A stretch of DNA of 64,000 nt from the NCBI GenBank assembly GCA_004431415.1, contig QPMI01000166.1, forward strand, positions 62,001-126,000, given 5' to 3'. Below, piece after piece: positions 49,601 to 60,089 of the stretch. This DNA comes from Cyanophora paradoxa CCMP329. Lineage: Eukaryota > Plantae > Glaucophyta. Below the pieces are notes generated by a model. The model worked only from the letters and a program-made list of their open reading frames with translations. It was not told where the DNA came from and searched no databases. Within the stretch, counting starts at the first letter, position 1, and each line of letters opens with the position of its first letter. The translations under genes were made by a program, and so were the position numbers.

Positions 49601-50786
49601 CGCCGGGGCGGGCTGGGAGCCGCCGGGCACCCCGAAGAGTGCACCGCCGAGGCCGCTTCGTCGAGGGAGTCGGCGGAGGGCGGCCTGCGCGACACCGGCC
49701 GCCCCGCGTGTGGGCCCCCGGCCGGTCCGGGCGCGAGGCGCGGGCGGGGGCAGCTGATCTGCGTGGGCTGGTCGGGGGCGGGGAGCGCGGGCTCGCACCT
49801 GCCGAGGCGCTGGAAGGCCGCCACCAGCGACCCCTCCTCCTCGCCGCCGTGCGCCGCCCCCGCCCCGCGCTCCTCCGCCTGCTGCCCTCCCTGCGCCCCG
49901 CCGCCCCCGGCCCCCGCCGGCCCCGTGAGCGCCCTCTCCTGCGGTCGCAGGCGGCCGCGGGGTGGGCCGGGGCGCACCCCCTCGAGGGCGCGCTTCGCGG
50001 CGGGGTTCGGGCGGCGGGGCGCGGCGCCACGCGCACGACGAGCACCCCGACTGGCCCCGCCGCCCCCTCCCAGTGCTCAGCACGCACGAGCAGCCTGGCG
50101 CCCCGTCGGCGTCACCGCGCGGGGCAGGGCGCGCTCGGGGCCGGCCGCGGCCGGGGCGCCGCACCGGAGCGTCTCGGGCTCCACCGGCGAGCTCGGGTCG
50201 AGGCCGGCGGGGACTGCGTGCACGGCGACGGGCCGATCAGGCGACGCGGGGCACGCACGTCCAGCGGGGCGCACCGATGCAGAAGCGCTCCACCGAGACG
50301 CCCCCGTCGCCCACGCTGAGGCTCAGCTCCGCCCGCGCCACGCCGTACGGCTCGGCCCCGGCCGGCGTCGCGAGCGTGAGGGCCGTGCCGGGCCCTGCGC
50401 GGCTCGCATTGTTGGCTGCGGGCTGTAGACAGCCTCGCGCCGGAGGCGGCCGAAGCGGAGAGGGCGCGCACCGGCGGACTCGATGCGCAACTGCAGAGCG
50501 CCGGCGCGTCGGGCCGCGGGGTCGGGGGCGGAGCCAGGCGGTGGAGGGGCCCAAAGCGATCCCCCCAAGGCGATCTTGTATCGCCGCCCGACGAAGTTGT
50601 AGTCGGCGCCGCTGCCCGCCGGCGCGCGCTCGGCGGGGGGAGGTCGCGGCGGGGCTTGGTTCTGCCCGGCCCGCGACATGAGCACGTGCATAGGGTTACA
50701 ACAGATCTTGAGACAAGGAGAGCGCGCACGCGGGACGTCCGAATAACGGGCCCCTGGTCCTGCAGGATCTCGAGCGCAAGGTCCAT
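46654..50786 (-). CDS. Multi-exon hypothetical protein with helical/TPR-like C-terminal half
   Basis: Minus-strand exons include MDLALEILQDQGPVIRTSR, WHVIPHDLLPVGRPIFFALVEK, RFEEAEVLLQK, AQKAAGMLKRAVGILETLPDEY, AHMTAGAWSKALACLERAKK and the terminal AYFSPRQRRIADLGEAIAACHQRLAAAGGKHTRS*. The start codon is uncertain. Confidence 0.6.
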
Positions 50787-51221
50787 GCCGTTATGAGTTG
50801 TCCGCTCTGTTTCCTTCAAGACTGAAGCCCAACCGCGCCTCCTTGATCCCTCAGAAGAGCATCAACGCCGTCGGACGTTAACTCCTACAGCCGGCAGCGG
50901 CCAATGTTAACCCTACCCTATCTCCCACTCGGTGGCGCGCTGGCAACTGCGTGCGCCATCACTCGACGGTGCACGCTGGCTGCGTTGTTTGATTAAAGCG
51001 AAATCGCAAGCTGCAGCCCGCGGCCCGGAGCGCCTGCGAGCCCAGGATGCGGCGATGCGCTGCTGCTGCGGTGTGCTAATCTGCTTTCTAGCTGACGCCT
51101 CGGCGGCGTGGCGCGGCCCGCGCGGGGCAGAAGAATTTGCAAGTTTTTTTGTTTTTTTGAGGGGGGCTGACGTGCAGCAGGGTACGACTAGTTTGCGACG
51201 AAGCCGGCCGAAGGTTCCAGC

Positions 51222-51530
51222 ATGGCGTCTCGCGCGTTCAAGCGACTCGTGCCCCTGCTCGACCGCGTCGTCGTCGAGAAGGTCACGCCGCCCACGTCCT
51301 CCATCGGCGGCGTCATCATTCCGGACAGCCTGAAGACCAAGCTGAACGAGGCGCGCGTCGTCGCCGTCGGCCCCGGCGCCATCGCCAAGGACGGCGCCCG
51401 CATCCCGATGGGCGTGAAGGAGGGCGACCACGTCCTGCTCCCGGAGTTCGGCGGCACCAAGGTGCAGTTCGAGCAGAAGGAGCTCTACATCTTCCGCGAC
51501 GAGGACATTCTCGGTGTGCTCAAGGAGTAA
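51222..51530 (+). CDS. HSP10: 10 kDa chaperonin (Cpn10/GroES family), mitochondrial-type, intronless CDS
   Basis: MASRAFKRLVPLLDRVVVEK..GGVIIPD..VVAVGPG..VKEGDHVLLPEFGGTKV..FRDEDILG; 102 aa with no transit-peptide extension. Confidence 0.96.
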   Translation: MASRAFKRLVPLLDRVVVEKVTPPTSSIGGVIIPDSLKTKLNEARVVAVGPGAIAKDGARIPMGVKEGDHVLLPEFGGTKVQFEQKELYIFRDEDILGVLKE

Positions 51531-52184
51531 GCGGCGTGATCGTCGGAGGCGTGTCCGGCGAGCCGGTTCGCCGCCTGTGCACGGTCGGGCGGGGCGGCCC
51601 GGCGGCCCGCCTCGTTGGCCGCTCGTGGCGGCGCCGGATGCGCTCTCTCAGCCAGCTGCAGCGGCTACGCGCTCGCTCGAGGGTTCGCATGGCCGGCAGC
51701 GACCCGAGCCGCCGGGCAGGCGTAGGCAGGCAGACAGTTCTTTATCCATTAGTCTCGTAGATCTACTAATTTCAATACGTCCAGATCAGTGTGAGTGAAT
51801 TTACGTGCAGTTCTATCGAGTGCCCGCATCATTGGCCCCGCGAGTGCCTCTAAGCCTGGCCTCCCAAGCTCCCTGCCCCGCCCGTTGACGAGCCGCTGAG
51901 CAGCTGGGCGCGCCTGGCGACGCCCTGGTTGGACGGCAAGGCCCATGCCCGAAGCTTCTAGACCTATAGAGGTCGCGCCGCGCAGAGACCCGAGCTAAGC
52001 CCTGTAAACGTCTACTGCAGCTCATGATCAGCCCCGTGAATTCACGTGAACGAGCTCGTAGGCGATGCGCGGGCAAGCACAAGGGCGGGGGGGGGAGAGA
52101 CCCTAGGAAATTCACGTGAACACCCTATTCGCATCGCATCGGAGATCGTGCAGGAGAAGTATCTAACAACTGGCGGGAGCCGCA

Positions 52185-54639
52185 TCAAATGAGGTCCTCC
52201 TCCTGCCGGGGCTGCTGGGGCGCCGCCGGCTGCGCGGAGGGTGCCGACGGCGGAGGCACGGGGTACCCCTGCGCGGGCCCCTGAGGGTACCCGGACGGCG
52301 GCATCGGCATCCCGATGGCAGATGGCGCGGGGTAGCTGGGCGCAGGCGGGTACTGCCCCGGGTGCGCCGGAGGGTACCCGCCGGGTGGAACAGGGTACCC
52401 GGGCGCCGGGGGGTACACGCCAGGGAACTGAAGGTGCCCTGGCGGCGCCCCCAAGGGAGCTCCGGGGGCGGGGGGATACCCCGGCATCGGTGGCGGAGGA
52501 GGGTACCCGGGAGCGGGAGGATAGCCCGGAGCGGGAGGGGGGTGGGCGCCATAGCTGTACGTGAAGGGGGGCGCGGCTGCGGGCACGGCCCCCGCGGCGG
52601 CGGCCCCCGTGTAGTAGACGGTGCCTGGAGAGCTGCGGCGCGGGGGTTCGTGAGACGGCGGCCCGGTGGGGGGTGCTGGTGCTGGAGGGGGCTGCGACGC
52701 ACGCCATGCGGGTGGCGCGGCGGCGCTGTGCGGCGCGGCAGAGGAGCGCCATCGCCACGCAGGGGAGGGCCGTGAGAAGCGCCCCGAGAATGATGAGCGG
52801 CGTCCCGATCGCCCGTTTCGTTCCCTGCGGCGCGGCGGGTCGGGCGAGGCGGCGGGGGCGGCGGGGCGGTGGCGGGGCGCACAACAGTCATGCCGAAGTC
52901 GAAGGTGCCGCCAGTCAGCTGCGCCGCGACCACCAGCGGGTCGGCCGCCGAGCGCACCTCGACGCGCATCGCGTTGAGCTGCGCGGTCAGCGGCCCCGCC
53001 GCCGCCACCGCCCCGCCGCCGTACGTCTCGGGTCGGGCCCCCCCGTAGCAGCCGCCGCCGACCATGCCCCACTGCCCCGCCACGCCGGGCGCCGCGGGCC
53101 CCGCCACCTGCGCGCAGACCCCGTCCACCGTCTGCCGCGCCGCGCCCCCGCCCGTCAGGGTCGAAGCGCCCGGCCGGCAGGCGCCGCCGCACCCGCGCCG
53201 AGGAGGCGAAGCACGTCGAGGAGCCGTAGTCGTACACGCCGCCTGCGCCCGGCCGCCCGCCCGCCGCTCAGCCCCCCGGCGAACCAGGCCGCGGCAGGGC
53301 GGCGGGGCGGGCCTCTCTGATTGCAGATGTAGTCGCAGCAGGTGGAGGGGCCGCCGGAGCATGAGCCGGGGCCGCCGTAGGGGCGGCTGCAGCTCTGCGT
53401 GGTGCGGCTGCCGCTCCCGCCGCTGCCGCCCGTCTTCGTGTACGTCAGGCTGCTCTCCGCGATCACGTCGAAGCTGCGGCCCCCGCCCTCTCGGCCGCCC
53501 CTCTCGGAGGCGGGGGCCGGGCGGGGCGGCGCGCACGCGACGGGGCGGACGACGAGGGAGCCGGCGGGGCGGTTCGCGAAGGTGATGCTGGCCGTGCACT
53601 CCCCCGGGTTCGAGCACTGGCCCCGCAGCCTGCGCCCCCCCGGCCCCGCCCGCTCGGGCGGCGAGCGAGGGGGCGTGGAGCGGGCCGCACGCCGACGAGA
53701 CGGGGTTCACTGCGACGGCGGGGCGCGCGTTCGGGCCGGAGGGGTCAGGGGCACACGGGGGCGGACCAGGGCGGGGCGCCGCACCCATGACCCCTGAGAC
53801 CGGGAAGACGTTCGCGGGGCTGAGGAGTAGGCGGGCGGTGCGGTACCCCCTCAGGATCGCCGGGTCCCGGTCAGCGGACAGTCGCCTCGCATTCCAGTCC
53901 AGCTGTGGGTGCCGCGCTCGTGCTCGAGCAGGGGGAGGGGGGGCGGACGGGGGAACGACCGCACCGGCTCGTCCAGAGAGAAGCTGCGCTGGCCCGCGGG
54001 CCCCTGCAGGTAGTTCGCTCCCTGCGATGCCGCGGCCGCGAACGCTTCGCGCCCGTACGACTCCCAGCTCTTGACCGCCTGGTTGTAGGTTTGGATGCGC
54101 TGCCCGCGGTCGTCGACCATCGAAGAGGCCCAAAACACTGCCCCTTCCCGTCATACCGACGCAGCACGCAATGCGGGCGGGACGCACCCAGGCCGATGAT
54201 TAGGAGGACAGGGCCGGCGCAAAAGATGCAGCCTGCAGAGACCGTGTCAGCTGCAGCCGCGAGTCCGACGCCGGACCGCGGTGGACCGCAGCGGCGGGCG
54301 GTCGAGATGTTTGCGGCAAGCGGATCTCTGTGGAGGGCGCGCTCGATCGCGTGCTAAATCCAAGGCGGGCGCCCGCCGTTTGGCCACATGCACTCGGAGC
54401 TTCCGGCAGCTAGAGCCTAGCTGAGCAGAGCAGAGCCGTGGTGTTCTGGCAGAGTTTACGTACATATACAGCCGAAGATCCTCCGCCCGACCTGCGCTTA
54501 CATCTCAGTCGGGACCGGTTGAGGATTCGTGTGAGAAATCGAACACCTCTTCTACGAGATCAAAGGGTGACAGAAAGCCACCGCGCCCTGCACCTTTTCC
54601 AGCGCCTCTGCCGGCTCCCTTACCGGCGCCTTTGCCCAT
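52185..54639 (-). CDS. Two-TM membrane protein with a Cys-rich external loop and a Pro/Gly/Tyr-rich cytosolic tail
   Basis: TM1 GCIFCAGPVLLIIGLVFWASS (exon starting at 54232), Cys-rich loop (QSCSRPYGGPGSCSGGPSTCCDYIC), TM2 GTPLIILGALLTALPCVAMALLC, and a PGYPP tail ending QEEDLI* at 52185. The first exon (ATG at 54639) is tentative. Confidence 0.65.
52200..52560 (-). repeat. Coding low-complexity PGYPP repeats
   Basis: PPPAPGYPPAPGYPPPPPMPGYPPAPG..PGVYPPAPGYPVPPGGYPP..PSGYPQGPAQGYPVPPP. Confidence 0.85.
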
Positions 54640-54712
54640 TGCTCCTGCACCAAGAGCCCGGCAGTTACCTATACCCCCAGCAACTCCTGCGTCACGCGCT
54701 CTTCCGGCAGCC

Positions 54713-57372
54713 ATGGCAGCCTTCGCTGTGCCGACCTGCGCAGTACAACAGCACAGGCCAATCTTTGACACCGGCGTGAGTTTGAAGGAGGCGGTCCGGA
54801 CGATCAAGCGGACCGCTTTTCTGAACGGCCCGTCAGCCCGCCGCACGTTCTTCGGAGAGAAGTCGGTCACTCCGTCCAGCTCAAAGCAGGAATGGGGCGT
54901 CCGGAGACGCTTCCTCGTGGCCGCGGACGCCGACGCCCACCACCGCTTCACCCAGTTGGACAACGCCGAGCCCGCGCCGATCCCCGGCGGAGCTGACTCT
55001 GAGATCGTCGTTACTGGGAGCGAGAGTGAGATCGCCGCGCAGCGCAGCAAATTCAATCTTGTGAGCCCCCCCGCTCCCGCCCTTTCTGGCGAACTCGCTC
55101 CGGCCACGCGGACGCGTCCTCGTCCCGTGATTGGTGTTTAGAATAGCACCTAACGCCGTGCCGTGTGCGGGCCGCCGCCAGGGGGCGCGTCCTGAGACAG
55201 CAAACTGACATAGGCCTCCCGCAGTGGCGGTACCGTGTCTTCGCTGGTCTTTGCCTCTCTTACATCGCCTCCTACCTTACCCGGTGAGTGCGGCAAGAGA
55301 TGCGGCCCCGGCGGCGAGACCCTGCCGGATGCGCTCCCAGATCGCCTCTCCGTCCTCTAACCGCAAGTGCCGTCCACAGCGGCTGCTTTACCTATGCCGC
55401 TCCTGTCCTTCGCTCGGAGGCCGGCGTCACGCTGGAGCAGATCGGCGTCAGTGCGTCTAGATAACGCCGAAGCCTCTCGATCGCGGGATGCTCACCCGCT
55501 GCCCGCCCTTGCAGTTTCCAGTGTCTTCCCCGTTGCGCACGGCATCAGCAAGTTTGCCTCGGGCGTCATCGCCGACTCTCTGGATGCCCGCGTACGTTCC
55601 GTCCGGCTCTGCCTCGGACCTGGGAGCCGGCGTCCGCTTATCCAGTGCGTCCTCAGTGGTTCCTTGCTGGCGTCATTGTCCTTTCTGGTCTCCTCAACGG
55701 TGAGCCGCCGTGGCACGTCCCACGTGCCGCCGCTGCTGACTGCCTGGCGCAGTCGCCTTCGCGATCCACCCGAGCGTCTCCTGGATGACGTGAGCCCGCG
55801 GCGTGTCTAAACGGGCTCGTTTTCTCTTCGCTGACGGCCGTTTCTTTCTTCTCCTTCTCTCCGATCAGTTTCGTCTGGGGTGAGCCTGCGGTTGAGCGCG
55901 CAGCGCCCGGCGCGCTTTGACGGGGCTCGCGTAGGCATCACCGGCTGGATTAGCGCTGGATGCGTGCCCGCATCTGCTAAGATGATCACCGCGTGGGTGT
56001 GCCCCGGCGCCCTGGCGGCGCCGGCGACGCCGCGCGCTGAAAGCGCTGACGGCGCTGCAGTACACGAACAAGGAGCGTGGCACCTGGTGGGGCATCTGGA
56101 ACTCGAACGCGTGCGCAGCGCGGGCCGCCCGCCCCCGCCCCCGCGCCGGGACCGGGGCCGACGCCGGGGGGCGGGGGCAGGAACATCGGCGGCTTCATCA
56201 CGGCCCTCGTCGCCGGCACCGTCGCCGCCAAGTTCGGCTGGCGCATGGGCATGCAGATCCCTGGTGCGCCCGCGCCTCCCCGCAGCTCCGGCGGCCCCGC
56301 GCACGCTCTGACCGCCCCGCCAGGCATCATCGGCATCGTCATGGGAGTCCTCTCCTGGATGCTCATCCGCTCGGATCCGGCGCAGGCCGGTGCGCGCCCC
56401 GTCCCCCGCCGCGCCCCCGCCCGAAGGCCCGTGCGGTGGCCGACGGGCGTGACCGGCAGGCCTGCCCTCGGCGGACGCGGTGCTGGGCGTGGCCCGCCCG
56501 GCGACCCCGAAGCCGGCGGCCAAGCAGCAGCCCGTGGCCGCCCCGGGCGCCGCCGCCGCCGCGAGCGCCGAGCCCGTGGAGTCGCAGCGGGACATCTTCG
56601 TGCGCGGGGCGGCCCTCTCTCGCACGCGCGGGGCGGGCGGCCTGACGCGGGGCGGCGGGCAGATCAAGTACGTGATCCTGAACCCGGCGGTGTGGATCCT
56701 GGCGGTGGAGTACCTGCTGCTCTACTTCGTCCGCCAGGGCCTCACCAACTGGTCCCACTTCTTCCTCATGGACACCAAGGGCCTCGACGCCGCCGAGGCC
56801 GCCGCCCGCGTCTCCAGGTCCCTCCCAGTCCCCCCTTCCCATCCCCCTCCTTCCTTTTCCTGAGCGTGCGGGGCGGCGTGCAGCCGGGAGCTGGGCGGGC
56901 TCATCGGCAACCTGGCGTCGGGGGTGATCTCGGACAAGTTCTTCGGGGGCCGCCGCCCGCCCGTCATCGCGGCGTTCCTGGTGGGGATCCTGGGCTCGCT
57001 GGCGGCCTTCGTCAAGTTCTCGGGGATCTCGCGCGGGCTCGACGTGGCGCTCGTGTTCCTGATGGGGATGATGCTGTACGGGCCGCACATGCTCATCGGC
57101 CTCTGCGGCGTCGAGATGGCCCACAAGAAGGCCGCCTCCTCCGCCATCGGCCTCCTCGGCCTCCTCTCCTACCTCGGCGCCGGCGTCGCGGGGGCGCCCC
57201 TCACCATGCTCGTCAAGCAGTACGGCTGGATCTCCTTCTTCCAGGTCCGCCCCTCTCCCCTTCCTTTCCTTCCTTTTGCTGCCACCCGACGCGGCCGGCG
57301 CAGGCGATGGCCGCCTCGTGCGTCGTCGCCCTCCTCGGCCTCATCCCCATCTGGAACCGCAAGGCCCAGTAG
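54713..57372 (+). CDS. uhpC: MFS organophosphate:Pi antiporter, UhpC/GlpT family, with probable plastid transit peptide
   Basis: Spliced product: MAAFAVPT..(about 115-aa extension)..WRYRVFAGLCLSYIASYLTRGCFTYAAP..HGISKFASGVIAD..AKMITAWYTNKERGTWWGIWNSNANIGG..FGWRMGMQIPG..LLYFVRQGLTNW..ELGGLIGNLASGVISDKFFGGRRPP..YGPHMLIGL..EMAHKKAASSAIG..YGW. Confidence 0.9.
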
Positions 57373-57781
57373 GCCGCCCGCGCCCCCCGGCGCCCGCCCG
57401 CCCCGCCCCAGCAAGCACCGTGCACCATTTCATCGCCCGGACCGACCCATTTTCAAGCATTTCAGAGTTTCGTAGTCATCAGCGCAGATGGTCTTGTGGA
57501 CGGGTAGCAGTCAGCCGCGCGGGATTCCCGCCCCTCCCGCGCACTTTCTCTCCATTTCACTCGAGACATTTACCGGGAGCTAGCGTCGTCGTCGCCGTTG
57601 TTCCTTTCACGCCCGTGCGCGCGCCACGCGCGCGCCGGCTCGCGCCCCGCGCAGCCGGCGCAGCGTCCGCGTGCGATGCCGCTATGTAGTCTAGCGTTAA
57701 AAGAGGCAGGTAGTAGTCCGCAGTGTCCGTATCCTATGCGAATCCAAACAAGCTCTAGCTCTAGCCTAGTGAACGGTCGGC

Positions 57782-59627
57782 TCAGGCCTTGGGCGGGGGC
57801 GGCGGGGGCCGGAGCTTGAGGGGCCCGCCGGGCAGGGCGGGCCCGACCTCGAAGGAGATGAGGGCGCGGGAGGGGCTGTAGTCCGTCGCGTCCGGGCGGT
57901 AGCGCGTGTCCATGAAGAAGCTGATGTGCGAGGCCTGCCGCCGTCCCCGCACGCGTCACGGTCAACACTTGTGGCGGAGGCAGAGCTCCAGAGGGGCCGG
58001 GGCGCGGGGACCTGGAGGCCGAGCGCGGACTGCAGGTACGCCACGACCACCGACTCGAAGTAGTGCTGCCCGCGCCCCCGTCGATCAGCGAGGGGGCCGG
58101 GGAGGGGGCGCCCCGGCGCCAGTCACCTGCTCGAAGCCGACCTCGGTGGCGGCGAGCCGCTCGGCCGAGCGGAGCGTGACGGGCTGCGCGCGCCCCCGGC
58201 CTCGGCCTCGGATCGGAGGGAAGCGCCCCCAGGGCCCCTCCCTCCCCTCCACGGACCCGGACGAGGGTAATCTCGAGGGCGGTGGAGGGCCCCTCCGCCG
58301 CCAGCGCCGCCTCGTCCACCCCCTCCGGCCTCCACCGCACCTGTCCCGGCCCGCTCGCCCCGCCCGAGGCTCCAGCACGCCCCGCCGCTCGCACCTCTGC
58401 GGCGCGCATGAAGCCGGCCCCCTGGAAGCGCTCCACGATCGCCGCGACGCCCCCCCGCGCGCTCGCTGCCGGCCCCGGCGGGGCGGCTCAGCCGGGCGGG
58501 GCGGCGGGGGAGCAGAGCTCTCGCGGGGGCGGGGCGCACGGGGGGAGGGGAGGGAGCCGGGGGGGAAGAGGCGCTGGAGGAGGATCTCGCCGACGCGCGC
58601 CGCGAACCGGTCCCGCGCGTCCGCGTCCTGAGCGCCGGGGTCGGGCCGCGCCCCCGCAGCCGCCGGGCCCCTGCCGGGGCGGGGGGGGCTCTGGGGCACC
58701 TGGAGGTAGCGGCAGGCGACCTTCCACTGGACGTAGGAGAGGAAGTCGAAGTAGGCGGGGTCGGCGAGGTCCACCCGCATCCCCGGCCGCTCCTCCGCGT
58801 ACCGCTCGTACCGCGCCTGCGGCGGGCGCGACTCGGTCGGGGGCCTCGGCGGGCTCGGGCGGGGCCGGGGCGCACGGCGCGGGCGTTCCACGTCGCGGCC
58901 TGGAAGTCCTTCCGGGAGACGAGGCCCGTCTCCACCATCGCGTCGTACCCCCTGCGCGCCCGCGATCCGAGGCCCGAACGCAGCGACTCGCGAGAGTGAG
59001 AAGCTGCTCACGCGTTCATGAACGCCACCGCGAAGGGCAGGTCCAGCGGGCCCTCCGCCCCCGGGTCCGGCACCTCTGCGCGCGGCGTCACGAGGCTCGA
59101 AGCGCGCCGGCGCGTCGTAAGGCAGTTTAAAGGCGCGCTGGGAGGCCGCGGAGGCCCCGCGGCCGCATAGCGTCGCCGCGTGTCGCGGCGTGCGGGCGTA
59201 CGTGCGTGTCACGGGGCCGACAGCACGAACCGGGCGGGGCTTCGGGGAGGCCGAAGTTGTCCAAAGCGGTGCCCATTCTCGAGTAGATCTGGCCAACGGC
59301 CTCCTCCGCCTCGCGGAACGAGACCAGCGCCAGGGGACAGACGGACGCGAGGAACTGACGGCGCCCTCGCTCGGCTGAGGGGGCGCGTTGCGCGGACGGA
59401 GATTGCCTTGCGCGCGCATCCTCATCCTGCGGGCGCTGGCCGCCGCCGCCGACGGCCTGGACGAGCGTGAGCTCCCGCGGTGCACGTGCTCGGTGACGGC
59501 AGCCGGGACGTCGGCGGTCCATCGCGGCATTCTTCTCCACCGCCTCCCAGTCGCGTATTAGAGAGCTGCGCTCCAGACGCTGTGCCAAGAATCGGACCGC
59601 GCTGGCCGGGCATGCGACGAACTGCAT
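57782..59627 (-). CDS. Conserved hypothetical protein, probably plastid-targeted
   Basis: Starts MQFVACPASA. Exons include YDAMVETGLVSRKDFQ, RYERYAEERPGMRVDLADPAYFDFLSYVQWKVA and FFMDTRYRPDATDYSP, ending PPPPPKA* at 57782. The DLxDPxYFDFxSxxQ motif resembles an algal/cyanobacterial uncharacterised family (recalled, not searched). Confidence 0.65.
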
Positions 59628-59749
59628 CTTCGCGTCCAAGTTATTTTCACTGGAATGCTCGAATCGCGTGCTACGCTATGCTCGACCGCGGGGCGGGGCG
59701 TGTACCCCTTTGCCGAGCGTATCGACTACCCCTGACGCGCCCCTTCGGA

Positions 59750-59847
59750 CCTGCAGTCACAATCCGCGAGAACTAGGGAGGCTGTTGGTCAGTTCAGGCC
59801 TGCAGTCACAATCCACGAGAACTAGGCAGGCTGTTGGTCAGTTTAGC
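59750..59847. repeat. 49-bp tandem duplication in a divergent intergenic region
   Basis: CCTGCAGTCACAATCC[G/A]CGAGAACTAGG[G/C]AGGCTGTTGGTCAGTT occurs at 59750 and 59799. Confidence 0.92.
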
Positions 59848-59857
59848 GCGGGCGAAT

Positions 59858-60089
59858 ATGGGCAATTGCTTCTCGGGAAAGGAGGAGGAGGAGCCAAAGC
59901 GGCCTGACCACAGCATACAGCCGGGGCGCGTCCTGCGTTCGTCCGCCTCGCCCCATCGCTCACCGCCCCACGCGCAGATCCCGCGAGCTCCTCCAGGCGC
60001 GCCTCGCTTTGGCGAAACAGCAGCAGCGAGAAGCCGCAGAAGCCGCCGCACAAAACGGCGGCAGCGCGGAGTCTAAACCCGCGCAATAG
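59858..60089 (+). CDS. Small protein (about 64 aa) with an N-myristoylation/palmitoylation-type start
   Basis: Exon 1 (59858-59940) begins MGNCFSGKEEEEPKRPD. Putative intron 59941-59977 (GTCCGC..CTCAC..GCAG). Exon 2 reads SRELLQARLALAKQQQREAAEAAAQNGGSAESKPAQ*. Confidence 0.5.

Noticed and set aside
50787-51530. Bacterial groES operon or an HSP10-HSP60 head-to-head pair
   Set aside because: No groEL/HSP60 is adjacent. The divergent neighbour is an unrelated spliced gene and the sequence is of the eukaryotic mitochondrial type.
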